From Planctomycetota bacterium (GTDB lineage: Bacteria > Planctomycetota > B15-G4 > JADJEK01): DNA of 64,000 bases. Positions 40,535 through 51,190 of the stretch are shown here, in pieces; within the stretch, counting starts at the first letter, position 1, and each line of letters starts with the position of its first letter. The DNA lies in contig JACQZJ010000076.1 of the NCBI GenBank assembly GCA_016213895.1, forward strand, positions 1,291 to 65,290. Reading direction: 5' to 3'. Under the pieces are notes generated by a model that saw only the letters and a list, made by a program, of their open reading frames with translations, was not told the DNA's origin and made no database searches. The position numbers and the translations under genes were made by a program.

Positions 40535-41428
40535 TCAGGGTGCGGGCGCGGCGAGAAAGACCAGGGGTTCTCCCGGGAGGATGGGGTCCGCGCGCCTGGC
40601 GGGCAGAATGAGCACGGCGTCCGCTTCCAGCGTGACGCGCCGGCCGTCCGGGTAGGCGCCGAGCGCCGTGCCGCGCGCCGCGGGCTGGAGGTTCCGCTCC
40701 ATGCCCTCGAACCAGCGGAAGCCTCCGGCCTCGCACAAGAGCACGTCCCGGACCTCGAGCCTCTCCTTCCTGCCGCGCGTGCGGAAGGCCCGCCCCAGGA
40801 TCATGCCGAGCCCGGCCATGAGGTTGATCATCTCGTCGCGGGCGAAGCGCAGCAGGTCCCTGGGCTCCTCGAGGCAGCCCAGCTCGTAGCGCACGCCCAC
40901 GCCGCCGCAGGCGAAGAGGACGCGGTCGAGAGGGGCGCCCGCGGCGCAGGGCAGCGGGTCGGAGATGAGCACGCGGGCCGCGAGCAGGTTCGTGACCTCG
41001 ATGTGGCGCGGGCAGGCGAGGGGCGCCTGCTGCACGAGGAAGCCGCGGCCGGGCGCGGCGCCTGCGTGGAAGTCGACCAGGATCTCGATCTCCGCTTCGG
41101 CCAGGAGGCGCACGATCTCCCGCGCGCGCCGTTCCTCGTAGGCTCCGGGCGGCCGCGCCAAGGCGGCCGGGTGGAAGCAGCGGTCCAGATCGACGCCGTC
41201 CTTCGACCAGGGCAGGTCCTGGGCGAGGGCGCGCGGGTTGGAGGCGAGCAGGAGCACTTTCCCCTCGGACAGTCCGAGCTCGTCCGTGGCGAACATGGCC
41301 AGGAGCTGCTGGATGGCATCGACCGGCGCGGGCTCGTCTCCGCGCACGCCGCCGGCGATGCACAGGCTCGGCCCGCTCGACCCCGAGTCGATCAGGCACA
41401 CGCCGCTGTCTCGGATCCGCTCGACCAT
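40535..41428 (-). CDS. Succinylglutamate desuccinylase/aspartoacylase (M14-like) homolog with altered catalytic motifs
   Basis: GVRGDE, SNPRA, DLDRCF, YEERRARE and DFHA. Confidence 0.7.
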   Translation of the reverse strand: MVERIRDSGVCLIDSGSSGPSLCIAGGVRGDEPAPVDAIQQLLAMFATDELGLSEGKVLLLASNPRALAQDLPWSKDGVDLDRCFHPAALARPPGAYEERRAREIVRLLAEAEIEILVDFHAGAAPGRGFLVQQAPLACPRHIEVTNLLAARVLISDPLPCAAGAPLDRVLFACGGVGVRYELGCLEEPRDLLRFARDEMINLMAGLGMILGRAFRTRGRKERLEVRDVLLCEAGGFRWFEGMERNLQPAARGTALGAYPDGRRVTLEADAVLILPARRADPILPGEPLVFLAAPAP

Positions 41429-41564
41429 AGGACCGGGAACCGTCTGCAGGTTGCACCGCAGGATAGAGAGCGACTTCGCTTGGGGGAACCGAGACGAGCG
41501 AAGGCGATGGGCGTTGGAAGGACGCGAAGAGGGAGAGGAGGAGCTCGCGGCTGTCTGCCCGGAT

Positions 41565-41781
41565 CCGGAGGGGAGCGCGGTGAGAGGAGCGTCGCAGCCG
41601 CTTTCCCGGTTCCGGGGCCGGGTGCGCGCCTTCCGGTGCATGGTGTGCGCGACGAATGATGCCTGGCCTGCTGGCGGCGGAGGCGACGCGGGCGGCTCGG
41701 CGCGGACGTGCCGCCGAAGCCGCGGGCGAAGGGCCCGCGCCTGCCAACCATGAACGCGCCGAAGACGGCGCGGGGCATCGG
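41565..41781 (+). repeat. Dispersed structured element, copy B
   Basis: Aligns by eye with copies A and C. Confidence 0.7.
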
Positions 41782-41796
41782 CTAGGATCGGCCGGG

Positions 41797-44412
41797 ATGA
41801 GGCCCTGCGTCATTGTTCCGGCCTACGAGAACGAGCGCACCGTCGCCGCGGTGGCGCGCGGCGCCGCGGCGCTGGGGCTTCCGGTCATCGTCGTGGACGA
41901 CGGGTCGCGCGATCGCACGGCCGAGGCCGCGCGGGAGATCGACGGCGTGACCGTGCTGCGCCACGAGCGGAACCAGGGGAAGGGCGCGGCCCTGCGGAGC
42001 GGGTTCTTGGCGGCCGCGGAGCGGGGATTCACGCACGCGCTGACCATCGACGCGGACGGCCAGCACCTGCCCGAGGACATTCCGCGTTTGCTGGAAGCCG
42101 CGCGCGCGGAGCCCGCGGCGCTCATCCTCGGCGCGCGCGACCTGGCCGCGGCCGGGGCCGGGCGCGGCTCGCGCTTCGGCCGCGCCTTCTCGAACTTCTG
42201 GACCCTGGTCGAGACCGGGCTCCGGCTCGAGGACACGCAGAGCGGATTCCGCCTCTATCCCCTCGGGGCGCTCGCGGCGTTGCGCCTCGAGGCCAGCGGC
42301 TACGACTTCGAGATCGAGGCGCTGGTCAAGGCCGCCTGGAGCGGCGTGCCCGTGCGCTCCGTCCCGGTGCGCGCGCGCTACTTCCAGGGAGCGGAGCGCG
42401 TGTCGCACTTCCGGCCGTTCCTGGACTTCGCCCGCATCAGCCGCCTGAACACGCGCCTGGTGACGCTGCGCATCTGTCTGCCGCGAGCCTGCCTGGCAGC
42501 CCTGTTCCGGCGCGATCTGGCCCATCTCTCCTGGCCGCGGCGTCTGTGGCGAGGCCTCGCGCTCGCCCGCGGCCGCGCGCGGCGCAGGGTCCCTCTGCCG
42601 TTCCTGCTGCTTCCGGCCGGAACCGGCCTCGTGCTCGCGGCCGCGGCGCTGCAGGGCGCGGCGCGGGTCGTCTCGTTCGCGGGCGCGCTCGGGCTCCTCG
42701 CCGGCGCCGCCGCCATCCTGGCGTTTCTCTTCCGGCGCGCCGAGCTCTTCCTGGCGGCCTTCCTGCCGGCCGCGGTCGGACTGCTGCTGGCGCTCGGTGT
42801 CGCGGGCTTCCTGGGCGGCGTTTCTCCAGGTCCGGCCGCGGGCGCCGCGCTTGCCGCGGCACTCGCGCTCGAGGCGGCCGCCCTGCTCCTCGCCTATCTG
42901 CGCCGCTTCCGCGGGCAGAAGGACCGCGTCGCCCTGGTCGCCTGGAGCGTGCCCGTCACGGCCGCGCTCGCCGCCCTCGCCTGGCGCGCCGGCCTGGGAC
43001 CGCCGTGGCCGCAAGGCTGGCCGGCCCTGGTCGCGGGAACGTGCGGCGTGCTGCTCCTCTCGCCCTTCTGCTGCCGCGCCGTGCTGGTGCGCGCCGGGCC
43101 AAACGGCACGCCCGCGCCCGCGAACATGCTCGCGGCCCTGCGCGTGTTCTGGCTGATGCTCGCCGGTGGCGCGCGGCACTTCCTGGCGCGCGCGCCGGGC
43201 GCGAACCGGCGAGCGGCGCAGCGCGCCGCGGTCGATCGCATCCAGGCCATCGCCCGCGCCATCCAGCAGGGCGTGCCGCTCGGCCGGCGCGTCTTCCTCG
43301 GTCTGGAGCGCATCCCGCGCGGCCAGCCCTGCGTCGTGGTCGCGAACCACGAGTCCATGTACGACATCATGGCAGCTCTCGCCCTGCCGCTGCCCCTTCG
43401 CATCCTCGCCAAGAGGTGGGTGTGGAGGATGCCCGTGCTCGGGGCCATGGTGCGCGCCGCCGGCTACATCCTGGTCGAGGAGGATCGCACGGAGGCCCTG
43501 TTCGAACAGGCGGCCCGTTCGCTCGCGGAAGGCGTCTCGCTTCTCGTCTTTCCCGAGGGGACGCGCAGCCGCAGCGGCAGGATGGGCCGCTTCCACAACG
43601 GCGCCTTCGCCATCGCGCGGCGCTGCGGCGTGCCCGTGCTGCCGGTGGCCATGGTGAACACGCGCGAGACGGTTCCGCCGGGCACCTGGTGGGTGGGGGA
43701 GCACGACGCGCGCATCGTCGTGCTCGAGGCCATGGACCCGGGCGCCTTCAGCGGCGAGGGCGCCGACCGCAGGATGGCTCGCGCGGCGCGCGAGCGCATC
43801 GCCGCGTGCTGCCGCGACCTCTGGCTCGAGACCCAGTACGGGCCGGTCTGGCATCGCATCCTCTCCGGCATGTACCGCTGCCGGGGACTGCGCGCGAACG
43901 CGGCCGCGCGCGGGATCCGGAGCGATCCGTTCCTTCACGCCCTGCCGCGCCTCTGCGCGGGGAACGGGCGCGTCCTCATCCTCGGCTGCGGCTTCGGTCT
44001 CAGCGCCGCGCGCCTGGCGCTCGCCTATCCGGCGCGCGAGATCATCGCGGTCGGGCCGCCCGGCCGCGCGCTGCGCGCCGCGCGCGCCGCCCTGGGGGAC
44101 CGCTTCCCCGTCGCCTTCGTCGCGGCGGATCCAGCCGCGTGCGAGGCGCCGCCGGCGCAGTGGACCATCCTCGACGTCCTGGCTCTGCGCCAGGAGGCGT
44201 TTCCCGCGCTCTTGCGGCGCGTGGCCGGGGTCGCGGCGCCGGGCGCGCGCCTGCTGCTGCGCGGCCGGCAGGGCGACTGCGAGCGAGCGCTCGCGGAATG
44301 CGGCTTCGCCGTGGACGAGGAGCGCGGCGACCTCTGCCGGGCCGGAGAGGTCGTGCTCCTCTGCACCCCGCGGGCGTTCAGCCCGTCTGGCGGAACGTCG
44401 CGGTGCGGTTGA
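41797..44412 (+). CDS. Fusion of GT2 glycosyltransferase, MMPL-like TM segment, PlsC-type acyltransferase and degenerate SAM methyltransferase
   Basis: GT2 (VDDGSRD, DADGQH, DTQSGFR), acyltransferase (NHESMYD, FPEGTRS), methyltransferase-like ILGCGFG. Confidence 0.8.
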   Translation: MRPCVIVPAYENERTVAAVARGAAALGLPVIVVDDGSRDRTAEAAREIDGVTVLRHERNQGKGAALRSGFLAAAERGFTHALTIDADGQHLPEDIPRLLEAARAEPAALILGARDLAAAGAGRGSRFGRAFSNFWTLVETGLRLEDTQSGFRLYPLGALAALRLEASGYDFEIEALVKAAWSGVPVRSVPVRARYFQGAERVSHFRPFLDFARISRLNTRLVTLRICLPRACLAALFRRDLAHLSWPRRLWRGLALARGRARRRVPLPFLLLPAGTGLVLAAAALQGAARVVSFAGALGLLAGAAAILAFLFRRAELFLAAFLPAAVGLLLALGVAGFLGGVSPGPAAGAALAAALALEAAALLLAYLRRFRGQKDRVALVAWSVPVTAALAALAWRAGLGPPWPQGWPALVAGTCGVLLLSPFCCRAVLVRAGPNGTPAPANMLAALRVFWLMLAGGARHFLARAPGANRRAAQRAAVDRIQAIARAIQQGVPLGRRVFLGLERIPRGQPCVVVANHESMYDIMAALALPLPLRILAKRWVWRMPVLGAMVRAAGYILVEEDRTEALFEQAARSLAEGVSLLVFPEGTRSRSGRMGRFHNGAFAIARRCGVPVLPVAMVNTRETVPPGTWWVGEHDARIVVLEAMDPGAFSGEGADRRMARAARERIAACCRDLWLETQYGPVWHRILSGMYRCRGLRANAAARGIRSDPFLHALPRLCAGNGRVLILGCGFGLSAARLALAYPAREIIAVGPPGRALRAARAALGDRFPVAFVAADPAACEAPPAQWTILDVLALRQEAFPALLRRVAGVAAPGARLLLRGRQGDCERALAECGFAVDEERGDLCRAGEVVLLCTPRAFSPSGGTSRCG

Positions 44413-46639
44413 CGAGGAAGACCTTCTTCTCGGTCTTGCCCGTATCCGGCCAGGTGACGCTGATGCGTACCTTGCCGCGGTAGTCGCCCAGGCCGAAGTG
44501 CAGCGTGTAGCCGTCCTGGGAGGTCGTGCCGCGCCCGCCGTTCTGCTCGCGCACCAAGGAGAACGCCGCCTCGCCCTCGGCGGGCTCCGCCACCACGCGC
44601 GCCCCCACGCCGAAGCGGTTCCTCTTGCGACCCACCAGGTTCACCTTGACCCAGTGGTTGGCGTTGCCGCGATTGCGGAAGAGCTTCATGCCCGAGCCGG
44701 AGCCGATCACCAGGTCGAGGTCGCCGTCGTCGTCGTAGTCGAACCACGCCTGCCCCCAGCCGTTGAAGGCGATCGCGCGGCCGCGGCAGGTGATGGGCTG
44801 GAAGCGGCCCGCGCCGTCGTTCTGGTACAGGCAGGAGGGCACGCCCTCGTAGGTGCACGTCACCGAGAGGTCGAGGTCGCCGTCGTTGTCGAGGTCGGCG
44901 AAGGCCGGATCGGAGTGCGTCTCCTGGAAGCGGATGCCGCGCGCGCGCCGTTCCTCCGAGAAGGCGAAACCCTGCGCCGCGCCGCCGTTGAGATAGAGCA
45001 TGGACAGGTTCGAGAAGCCCTGCACGATGAAGCGCGGGTGGGCGAGGTTGGCGCAGAACAGGTCGAAGTCGCCGTCGTTGTCGATGTCCCCCCAGACCGA
45101 GCCGATGGTGTGGCCGTAGTACTGGTGTTCGCGCCGGTCGGCCTCGCCCTGCAGGCCGATCTCGGCAGCTAGGTCGATGAACTTGCCCTTGCCGTCGTTC
45201 CGGAACAGGAAGTTCGGGTTGAGCCGGTAGTTCGAGACGTACACGTCCTGGTCGCCGTCCGCGTCGAAGTCGCAGGCGGCCACGCCGCGCCCGCAGCGCG
45301 CGGCCACGGCCAGGATGCCCGCGTCCTGGGAAACGTCGCGGAAGGTGCCGTCGCGGTTGTTCCGGACCAACAGGTCCGGGTGCCCCACGGCCATGGGCTC
45401 TTCGTACACGGCCAGGTAGAAGTCGAGGAAGCCGTCGCCGTCCAGGTCGAGCCAGGCCGCCCCCTCGGGCTGCGCCTCGACCTTGAGCGCCGCGAGCCCG
45501 GCCTGGTCGGTGACGTCGCGGAACGCGTACTTCTCCTTCTTGCCGCCGTTTTGCAGCAGGAAGGGGTGGGGCGCCGCGGGAAGGAGCAGGTCGAGGTCGC
45601 CGTCGTTGTCGTAGTCGCCGAACAGGGCCGAACCGCCGCGCGCCTTGATCCCGGCCTGCTCGGTGACGTCCAGGAACGAGCGCCCGCCCTCGTTCCGCAG
45701 GAGCACGCCCGAGCAGCACAGGTCGGGATCGCCGTCTTCGTCATAGTCGGCGGCCGCGACGCGCCCGTGCCGCATCCCTTCGAGGCCGGCTTCCTTCGTG
45801 ACGTCGTCGAAGACCGCTCCCGGCTCCGCCTCGCGCGCCGTGAGCGGGTTCTCGGCCGCGTCCAGGCAGCCGCTGAGCGAGCAGGCCAGCACCAGGTTGT
45901 TGAAGGCGCCGTCGCAGTCGACGTCGCACCTCTCGCGCTTCTCCAGGTCGCCGGCGCCGGATGCGTCCGCGCCCGCGTAGCTCTGCGCGCGCGCCGCCTC
46001 GTCCCAGGCCAGGGCGAAGGCGCGGCGCGCGAGGTCGAGCGTCTTCTCGCCGCCGCTGCCGGCGCGCACGTGCGCCTGGCAGTAGAGCGTGAGGAGCGCG
46101 CGCTCTGCCGCCGGGCTGCCCTTGGCCCGCTCCAGCCACTGGTCGAAGCAGCCGGCGAAGCGCTCCGCGGCCGCCGCGTCGCCGCTTTTCAGCGCGGCCA
46201 TGAGCAGGCGCGACGCTGGAGTGCTGGAGTAGGGGCTGTCCGGGAAGGCGGCAAACAGCGCGCCCCAGCACTTCTCGTTGAACGCGGGATCGAAGTTGGC
46301 CCAGCAGTGCATGTAGATGGCGTCCACGACCTCGGCCAGGGGCGAGCCGAACGCGCCGAGGGAGTCCTGCGCGTGGAAGCCGCCCTGCTCCAGGGCCTGC
46401 AGCTCCTTGACGCTCTCGTCGAACTTCATCTGGCCGGCGAGGGCCACGGCGAGGAAGGCGCGCGCGGCCAGGTCCTCGGCGTCCGCGGCCAGGCGCTCGG
46501 CGCACAGCTTCTCCAGCTCGGCGAAGCTCGAGCCCTCCTTGAGCGCGGAGGCGCGCTGGAAGAAGTCCGCGTCGCTCTGCCGCGGCGCCGCCAGGAGGAG
46601 CGTCAAGAGCCAGTGCGCGGCGAGCCAGTGAGCAGGCAT
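44378..46639 (-). CDS. CRTAC1-like FG-GAP/VCBS repeat protein with ASPIC/UnbV C-terminus
   Basis: Repeated D.DNDGDLDL motifs; LHFGLG...VTWP; RBS AGGAGG. Confidence 0.88.
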   Translation of the reverse strand: MPAHWLAAHWLLTLLLAAPRQSDADFFQRASALKEGSSFAELEKLCAERLAADAEDLAARAFLAVALAGQMKFDESVKELQALEQGGFHAQDSLGAFGSPLAEVVDAIYMHCWANFDPAFNEKCWGALFAAFPDSPYSSTPASRLLMAALKSGDAAAAERFAGCFDQWLERAKGSPAAERALLTLYCQAHVRAGSGGEKTLDLARRAFALAWDEAARAQSYAGADASGAGDLEKRERCDVDCDGAFNNLVLACSLSGCLDAAENPLTAREAEPGAVFDDVTKEAGLEGMRHGRVAAADYDEDGDPDLCCSGVLLRNEGGRSFLDVTEQAGIKARGGSALFGDYDNDGDLDLLLPAAPHPFLLQNGGKKEKYAFRDVTDQAGLAALKVEAQPEGAAWLDLDGDGFLDFYLAVYEEPMAVGHPDLLVRNNRDGTFRDVSQDAGILAVAARCGRGVAACDFDADGDQDVYVSNYRLNPNFLFRNDGKGKFIDLAAEIGLQGEADRREHQYYGHTIGSVWGDIDNDGDFDLFCANLAHPRFIVQGFSNLSMLYLNGGAAQGFAFSEERRARGIRFQETHSDPAFADLDNDGDLDLSVTCTYEGVPSCLYQNDGAGRFQPITCRGRAIAFNGWGQAWFDYDDDGDLDLVIGSGSGMKLFRNRGNANHWVKVNLVGRKRNRFGVGARVVAEPAEGEAAFSLVREQNGGRGTTSQDGYTLHFGLGDYRGKVRISVTWPDTGKTEKKVFLVNRTATFRQTG

Positions 46640-46685
46640 GGGTTCCTCCTGCGCGGGAAGCGGCCGCTCGAGAGCATAGCGACCG

Positions 46686-49600
46686 TCAGCCCGCCTGTTC
46701 GGCGCCGGCCGGCGCCCGCGGCGCCGTGAAGCGTCCCGTGGCAAGCCAGCGCAGGCAGTTCTTCAGGTCCTCGAAGATGAGGTAGAAGGTCGGCAGGATG
46801 ACGAGCGTGATGACCGTGGCGAACAGCAGGCCGAAGACGAGCGACACCGCCATGGGAATGAGGAACTGCGCCTGGAAGCTCTGCTCGAGCATGAGCGGGA
46901 AGAGGCCGGCGACGGTGGTGACCGTGGTGAGGATGATGGGGCGCAGGCGGATGCGCGCGCTCTCGACCACCGCCTCGAACAGGGGCGCGCCCTGCGCGCG
47001 GTCGTGGTTGACGCGGTGCACCAGGATGAGGCTGTCGTTGACCACGATCCCGGCCAGGCCCACGGCGCCGATCATCGACAGCAGGGTGAAGGGGTAGCCG
47101 GTGAGGTAGTGGCCGAGGACCGCCCCGACGAGCGAGAAGGGGATCACGGCCATGACGATGAGCGGCTGGGTGTAGGAGCGGAAGAGCACGGCGATCAGGG
47201 CGTAGATCCCGAGCAGCGCCGCCGGGAAGCCGATGGCCAGCGAGCCGAGCGCCTCGCGCCGTTCCTTCTCCAGGCCCTCGAAGCTGACCGACACGCCGGG
47301 GAACTCCTGGCCGATGCCGGCGAGCCGCTCGCTGAGGTCGGCCGTGATCTCCTCGACGTTGGCGCGCGCCTTGTCGACCTGGGCGGTCACGGTCACCGCC
47401 CGCTTGCCGTCCGCGCGCTGCAGCATGGCGTAGCCGCGCGCCGTGCTCAGGACCGCGACTTCGTCGAGCGGCACGCGGCCTCCGCCGTCAGTCGCGATCC
47501 TCAGCCGTCCCAGGTCCGCCAGGTCGCGCCGCGCCGCCTCCGGCAGGAGGACGCGCACCTTGACCTCGTCCTCCTTCTCCTGCAGCTCCTGAGCCTCGAA
47601 GCCGAACACCGCGTTTCTGAGCTGCGCGGCCAGTCCCTGCGTGGTCAGGCCGAGGGAGCGCGCGCCGTCCTGCAGCCGGAAGCGCGCCTCGAGCTTCCCT
47701 TCGCGCAGGTCCTTCTCCACCTCGCTCACCCCGCCGTAACCGGCGAGCAGCTCGCGCACGCGGTCGGCCGCGCGCGACGCCTGCTCCAGGTCCTCGCTGC
47801 GCACGCGCGCCTCGATGTCCGCCCCGCGCTGGCCGCCGCTTTCCGCGCGGAAGGCAAGACGATCGACGCCGCTGATGGCAGCGCTGCGCGCGCGCATCTC
47901 CTCGATGATGCGTGCCGAGCTGCGCAGGCCGCGCAGCTCGCGCTCCTCGCCCGTGAGCAGCTCGATGCGCAGCTGGCCGATCGTGGCGGGATCGGCCACG
48001 TTCTCCTGCCCGCGGTCGTTGAAGGACGCGCCGGCCACGGAGTAGACGCTCGCCACCTCCGCGTACTCCTGGACCATGCGCTCCAGATCGGCGATCACCT
48101 CGACGGTGCGCTCCTCCGGCGTGCCGGCCGCCATCTCCAGGTTGACGGTGACCGCCTCGGCGTCGATGTCCTGGATCAGCACGAACGGCACGATGCCGCC
48201 GGCCACGAGCCCGAGGATGGCGAAGAACACGCCCAAGGAGGAGGCCGCGACCGGGTAGCGCCAGCGCAGGATGAAGCGCACCAGCCGCTCGAAGCTGTTC
48301 TTGAGCCTGCGGTCGAGCAGCTCGTCCCGCGCCGCGGCCACGCGCGCGGCCAAGGCGCGCGTGCGGAACAGGAATCTCCGCGGCAGGCGGCGCGGGTGCC
48401 CGAGGTGGCTCGGCAGGATGAGGAACGCCTCGACCAGCGAGACGCTGAGCGCCGCGATCACGACCACCGGGATCACGCCGAGGAAGTCGCCCCAGATCCC
48501 GCGGATGAAGGCGAGCGGCAGGAAGGCGATGATCGTGGTCAAGACCGCTGCCAGGACCGGCATCGCGACCTCGTTCGCGCCCTGGACCGCCGCCTCCGCG
48601 GGCGGCATGCCCTCGTCGATCTTGGCGTGGATGTTCTCCCCGATGACGATGGCGTCGTCGACGAGCATGCCGAGCACGATGATCAGGGCGAAGAGCGAGA
48701 GCAGGTTGATGGTCGTGCCCCAGAGCGCCATCACCGTGAACGCCCCGAGCAGGGCGACCGGCATGCCCAGGGCGACCCAGAAGGAGGTGCGCACGCTGAG
48801 GAAGAGGGCCAGGGAGATGATGATCAGGATCAAGCCGGAGCGCGCGTTCCTGAGCATCAGGTCGAGGCGCTGCCCGATGAAGCGCGACAGGTCGTTCGTC
48901 ACGCGGAGCGTGGCGGCGCCGCCAAGCAGCTCGCCGTGCGCCGCGACGTACGCCTTCACCTTGGCGGCGATGTCGAGCGCGTCCTGCTCGGGCGTCTTGA
49001 ACACGACGAGCGAGACCGCCGGCTTGCCGCCGAAGCGGCTCTGCATGACGCGGTCCTCGAAGGTGTCGCGCAGGCGCGCGACGTCCGCGAGGCGCAAGGC
49101 CGTGCCGTCCGGCCGCGCCTCGACCACGAGCTCCTCGAGCTCCGCCGCGCGCCGCGCCTCGCCCATGGTGCGGATGCGGACGTTGCCGGTGGCGCTTTTC
49201 AGCTGCCCGCCCGGAGCGTCCAGGTTCCCCGCCGCCAGCGCGCGCCCGACCTGGTCGAAGGTCAGGCCGTGCTCCTCGAGCTTCTCGGGCAGGACCTCGG
49301 CCCAGATCTCCGGGCGGCGCACGCCCAGCACGTACACCTCGGACACGCCCTCCAGGTCGAGAAGGTCGTCGCGCGCGTCGAACGCGGCCTGGCGCAGGCG
49401 CTCCTCGGGCACGTCGCCCGTGACCACGATGGAGATGACCGGCACGTAGGGCCGCACCTCCACGATCTCCGGGTCCTCGGCCGACTCGGGGAACTCGGGC
49501 TTGACCTGGTCGATCTCGCTGCGGATCGAGTTGAGCACGCGCTCGCGGTCGGCGTCGTCCTCCATGGTCACGACCACGGCGGTCAGACCCTCGAGCACCG

Positions 49601-49847
49601 AGGAGCGGATCTCCTTGATGCCGTCGATGTCGCGGATCTCGCGCTCGATGCGCAGGGTGATGGCGCGCTCCACGTCCTCGGGCGTGGCGCCGGGGAAGGG
49701 CACGATGATGGAGATCTGCTCGGCGTCCAGCGCCGGGAAGAACTCGCGCACCAGCGTGAACCAGAAGTAGAGCCCGCTGGCGATGATCCCCGCCATCAGC
49801 AGGTTGACGGCCACGGGGTTGTCGACCGAGAAGCGCGGGAGGTTCAC
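46686..49847 (-). CDS. RND efflux permease (AcrB/AcrD/AcrF family)
   Basis: Motifs GMLVDDAIVIGEN, GIVVNDSLIL and RLRPIILTT. Confidence 0.92.
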   Translation of the reverse strand: MNLPRFSVDNPVAVNLLMAGIIASGLYFWFTLVREFFPALDAEQISIIVPFPGATPEDVERAITLRIEREIRDIDGIKEIRSSVLEGLTAVVVTMEDDADRERVLNSIRSEIDQVKPEFPESAEDPEIVEVRPYVPVISIVVTGDVPEERLRQAAFDARDDLLDLEGVSEVYVLGVRRPEIWAEVLPEKLEEHGLTFDQVGRALAAGNLDAPGGQLKSATGNVRIRTMGEARRAAELEELVVEARPDGTALRLADVARLRDTFEDRVMQSRFGGKPAVSLVVFKTPEQDALDIAAKVKAYVAAHGELLGGAATLRVTNDLSRFIGQRLDLMLRNARSGLILIIISLALFLSVRTSFWVALGMPVALLGAFTVMALWGTTINLLSLFALIIVLGMLVDDAIVIGENIHAKIDEGMPPAEAAVQGANEVAMPVLAAVLTTIIAFLPLAFIRGIWGDFLGVIPVVVIAALSVSLVEAFLILPSHLGHPRRLPRRFLFRTRALAARVAAARDELLDRRLKNSFERLVRFILRWRYPVAASSLGVFFAILGLVAGGIVPFVLIQDIDAEAVTVNLEMAAGTPEERTVEVIADLERMVQEYAEVASVYSVAGASFNDRGQENVADPATIGQLRIELLTGEERELRGLRSSARIIEEMRARSAAISGVDRLAFRAESGGQRGADIEARVRSEDLEQASRAADRVRELLAGYGGVSEVEKDLREGKLEARFRLQDGARSLGLTTQGLAAQLRNAVFGFEAQELQEKEDEVKVRVLLPEAARRDLADLGRLRIATDGGGRVPLDEVAVLSTARGYAMLQRADGKRAVTVTAQVDKARANVEEITADLSERLAGIGQEFPGVSVSFEGLEKERREALGSLAIGFPAALLGIYALIAVLFRSYTQPLIVMAVIPFSLVGAVLGHYLTGYPFTLLSMIGAVGLAGIVVNDSLILVHRVNHDRAQGAPLFEAVVESARIRLRPIILTTVTTVAGLFPLMLEQSFQAQFLIPMAVSLVFGLLFATVITLVILPTFYLIFEDLKNCLRWLATGRFTAPRAPAGAEQAG

Positions 49848-51190
49848 CGCGCGCTCCCGGCCTGCTCGGCGGACTCGATGGCCTGGACGGCCGCGGGCTC
49901 CACGCCCGCCGCGCTCTCCGCGACGCGGATCAGCGAGCCGCCGGCGATCCTCTCGAGGTTGGTGACGATGACCTCGTCGCCTTCCTCCAGCCCCGCGTCG
50001 ACCAGGGCGACGCTGGGCAGCAGGCGCAGCACGTGCGGCTGCCTCGGCGTCGCGATCGCCTCGCCCGCGTCCTTCCCCGCCTCGCGCTCCGCCACGTAGA
50101 CCTGCTCGCCGACGAAGGCGATGCGCGGGATGGCGGCCACTCCCTCGAAGCGCCTGCCGTCGATGGTCGCCACCACGAACGCGCCGGGCGCCAGCGCGGA
50201 CGGCTGCTCCGCGCCGGAAACCACCAGGAAGGCGTTGAAGGTGCGATTCACGGCGTCCACGTCCGGGGAGACGCGGGCCACCTGGCCGCGCCACGCCACC
50301 TCCCCGCCCTCGCTCAGGCGGATGAGCGCGGCGCTTCCGGCCTCGACCTCGCCGAAGCGCGCGGCCGGGAGCGCGACCGGCACCTCGATGCGCGAGAGAT
50401 CGATGATCTCGAAGAGCACGGCTCCCTGCGCCACGCGCGCGCCCGGCTCGGCGAAGCGCGCGCTGATGCGCCCGGCGTAGGGCGCGCGCACCACGGCGCG
50501 CTCCAGGTCGAGCTCCGCCTGCGCGAGCGCGGCCTCGGCGCGCGCCACGTCCGCCTCGTCGCTCATTCGGCGCGCGGACGAGCCCGCGGCCTCGGCCTCG
50601 AGCTGCAGGACCTGGCGCTCGAGCAGCAGCGTGGCGCGGCGCTGCTGGTCCAGCTCCTGGCGCGAGACCGTGTCGTCGCCGGCGAGCAGCTCGCTGCGCT
50701 CCAGCTCCTGGCGCGAGGTCTCGTGCTCGCGCCGCGCCACCGCGAGGCGCTTCTCCGTGCCAGCGCTCTCGATCAGCGTGCGCGCCAGGCGCGCGCGCCC
50801 CCCCTCGACCTCGGCGCGCGCGCGCGCCGCGGCGTTCTCCAGGTCGCGGGCATCGATCTGCACCAGCTCGGCGCCTTGCAGCACGGCGGCGCCCGCCTCC
50901 AGGTCGGCGGAAACCCAGGCCACGACGCCCGCCACCTCGGCCGCGACCTGGGCCCGGCGCAGCGCCGCCGCCTTGCCGTAGCCGGTCAGCGGCTCGACGA
51001 AGGGGCCGAAGGAGACGCGCGCCACGCGCACCGCGGGCCGGCGCAACGCGCCGGTGCTGCGCTCCGGGGGCTTGCGGCTCGCGGCCAGCTCGGAGAGAGT
51101 CCAGGCGCCGGCGGCGAGGAACATCGCCGCCAGTCCGATCGAGACCAAGATCCGCCACCTCAGGGCGGCTGGCGCGCGCGTAGAGGGCAT
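49844..51190 (-). CDS. RND efflux membrane-fusion (periplasmic adaptor) protein
   Basis: N-terminal TM, AAEVAGVV, coiled coil, VRAPYAGRI; 4-nt overlap with the permease. Confidence 0.88.
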   Translation of the reverse strand: MPSTRAPAALRWRILVSIGLAAMFLAAGAWTLSELAASRKPPERSTGALRRPAVRVARVSFGPFVEPLTGYGKAAALRRAQVAAEVAGVVAWVSADLEAGAAVLQGAELVQIDARDLENAAARARAEVEGGRARLARTLIESAGTEKRLAVARREHETSRQELERSELLAGDDTVSRQELDQQRRATLLLERQVLQLEAEAAGSSARRMSDEADVARAEAALAQAELDLERAVVRAPYAGRISARFAEPGARVAQGAVLFEIIDLSRIEVPVALPAARFGEVEAGSAALIRLSEGGEVAWRGQVARVSPDVDAVNRTFNAFLVVSGAEQPSALAPGAFVVATIDGRRFEGVAAIPRIAFVGEQVYVAEREAGKDAGEAIATPRQPHVLRLLPSVALVDAGLEEGDEVIVTNLERIAGGSLIRVAESAAGVEPAAVQAIESAEQAGSAR

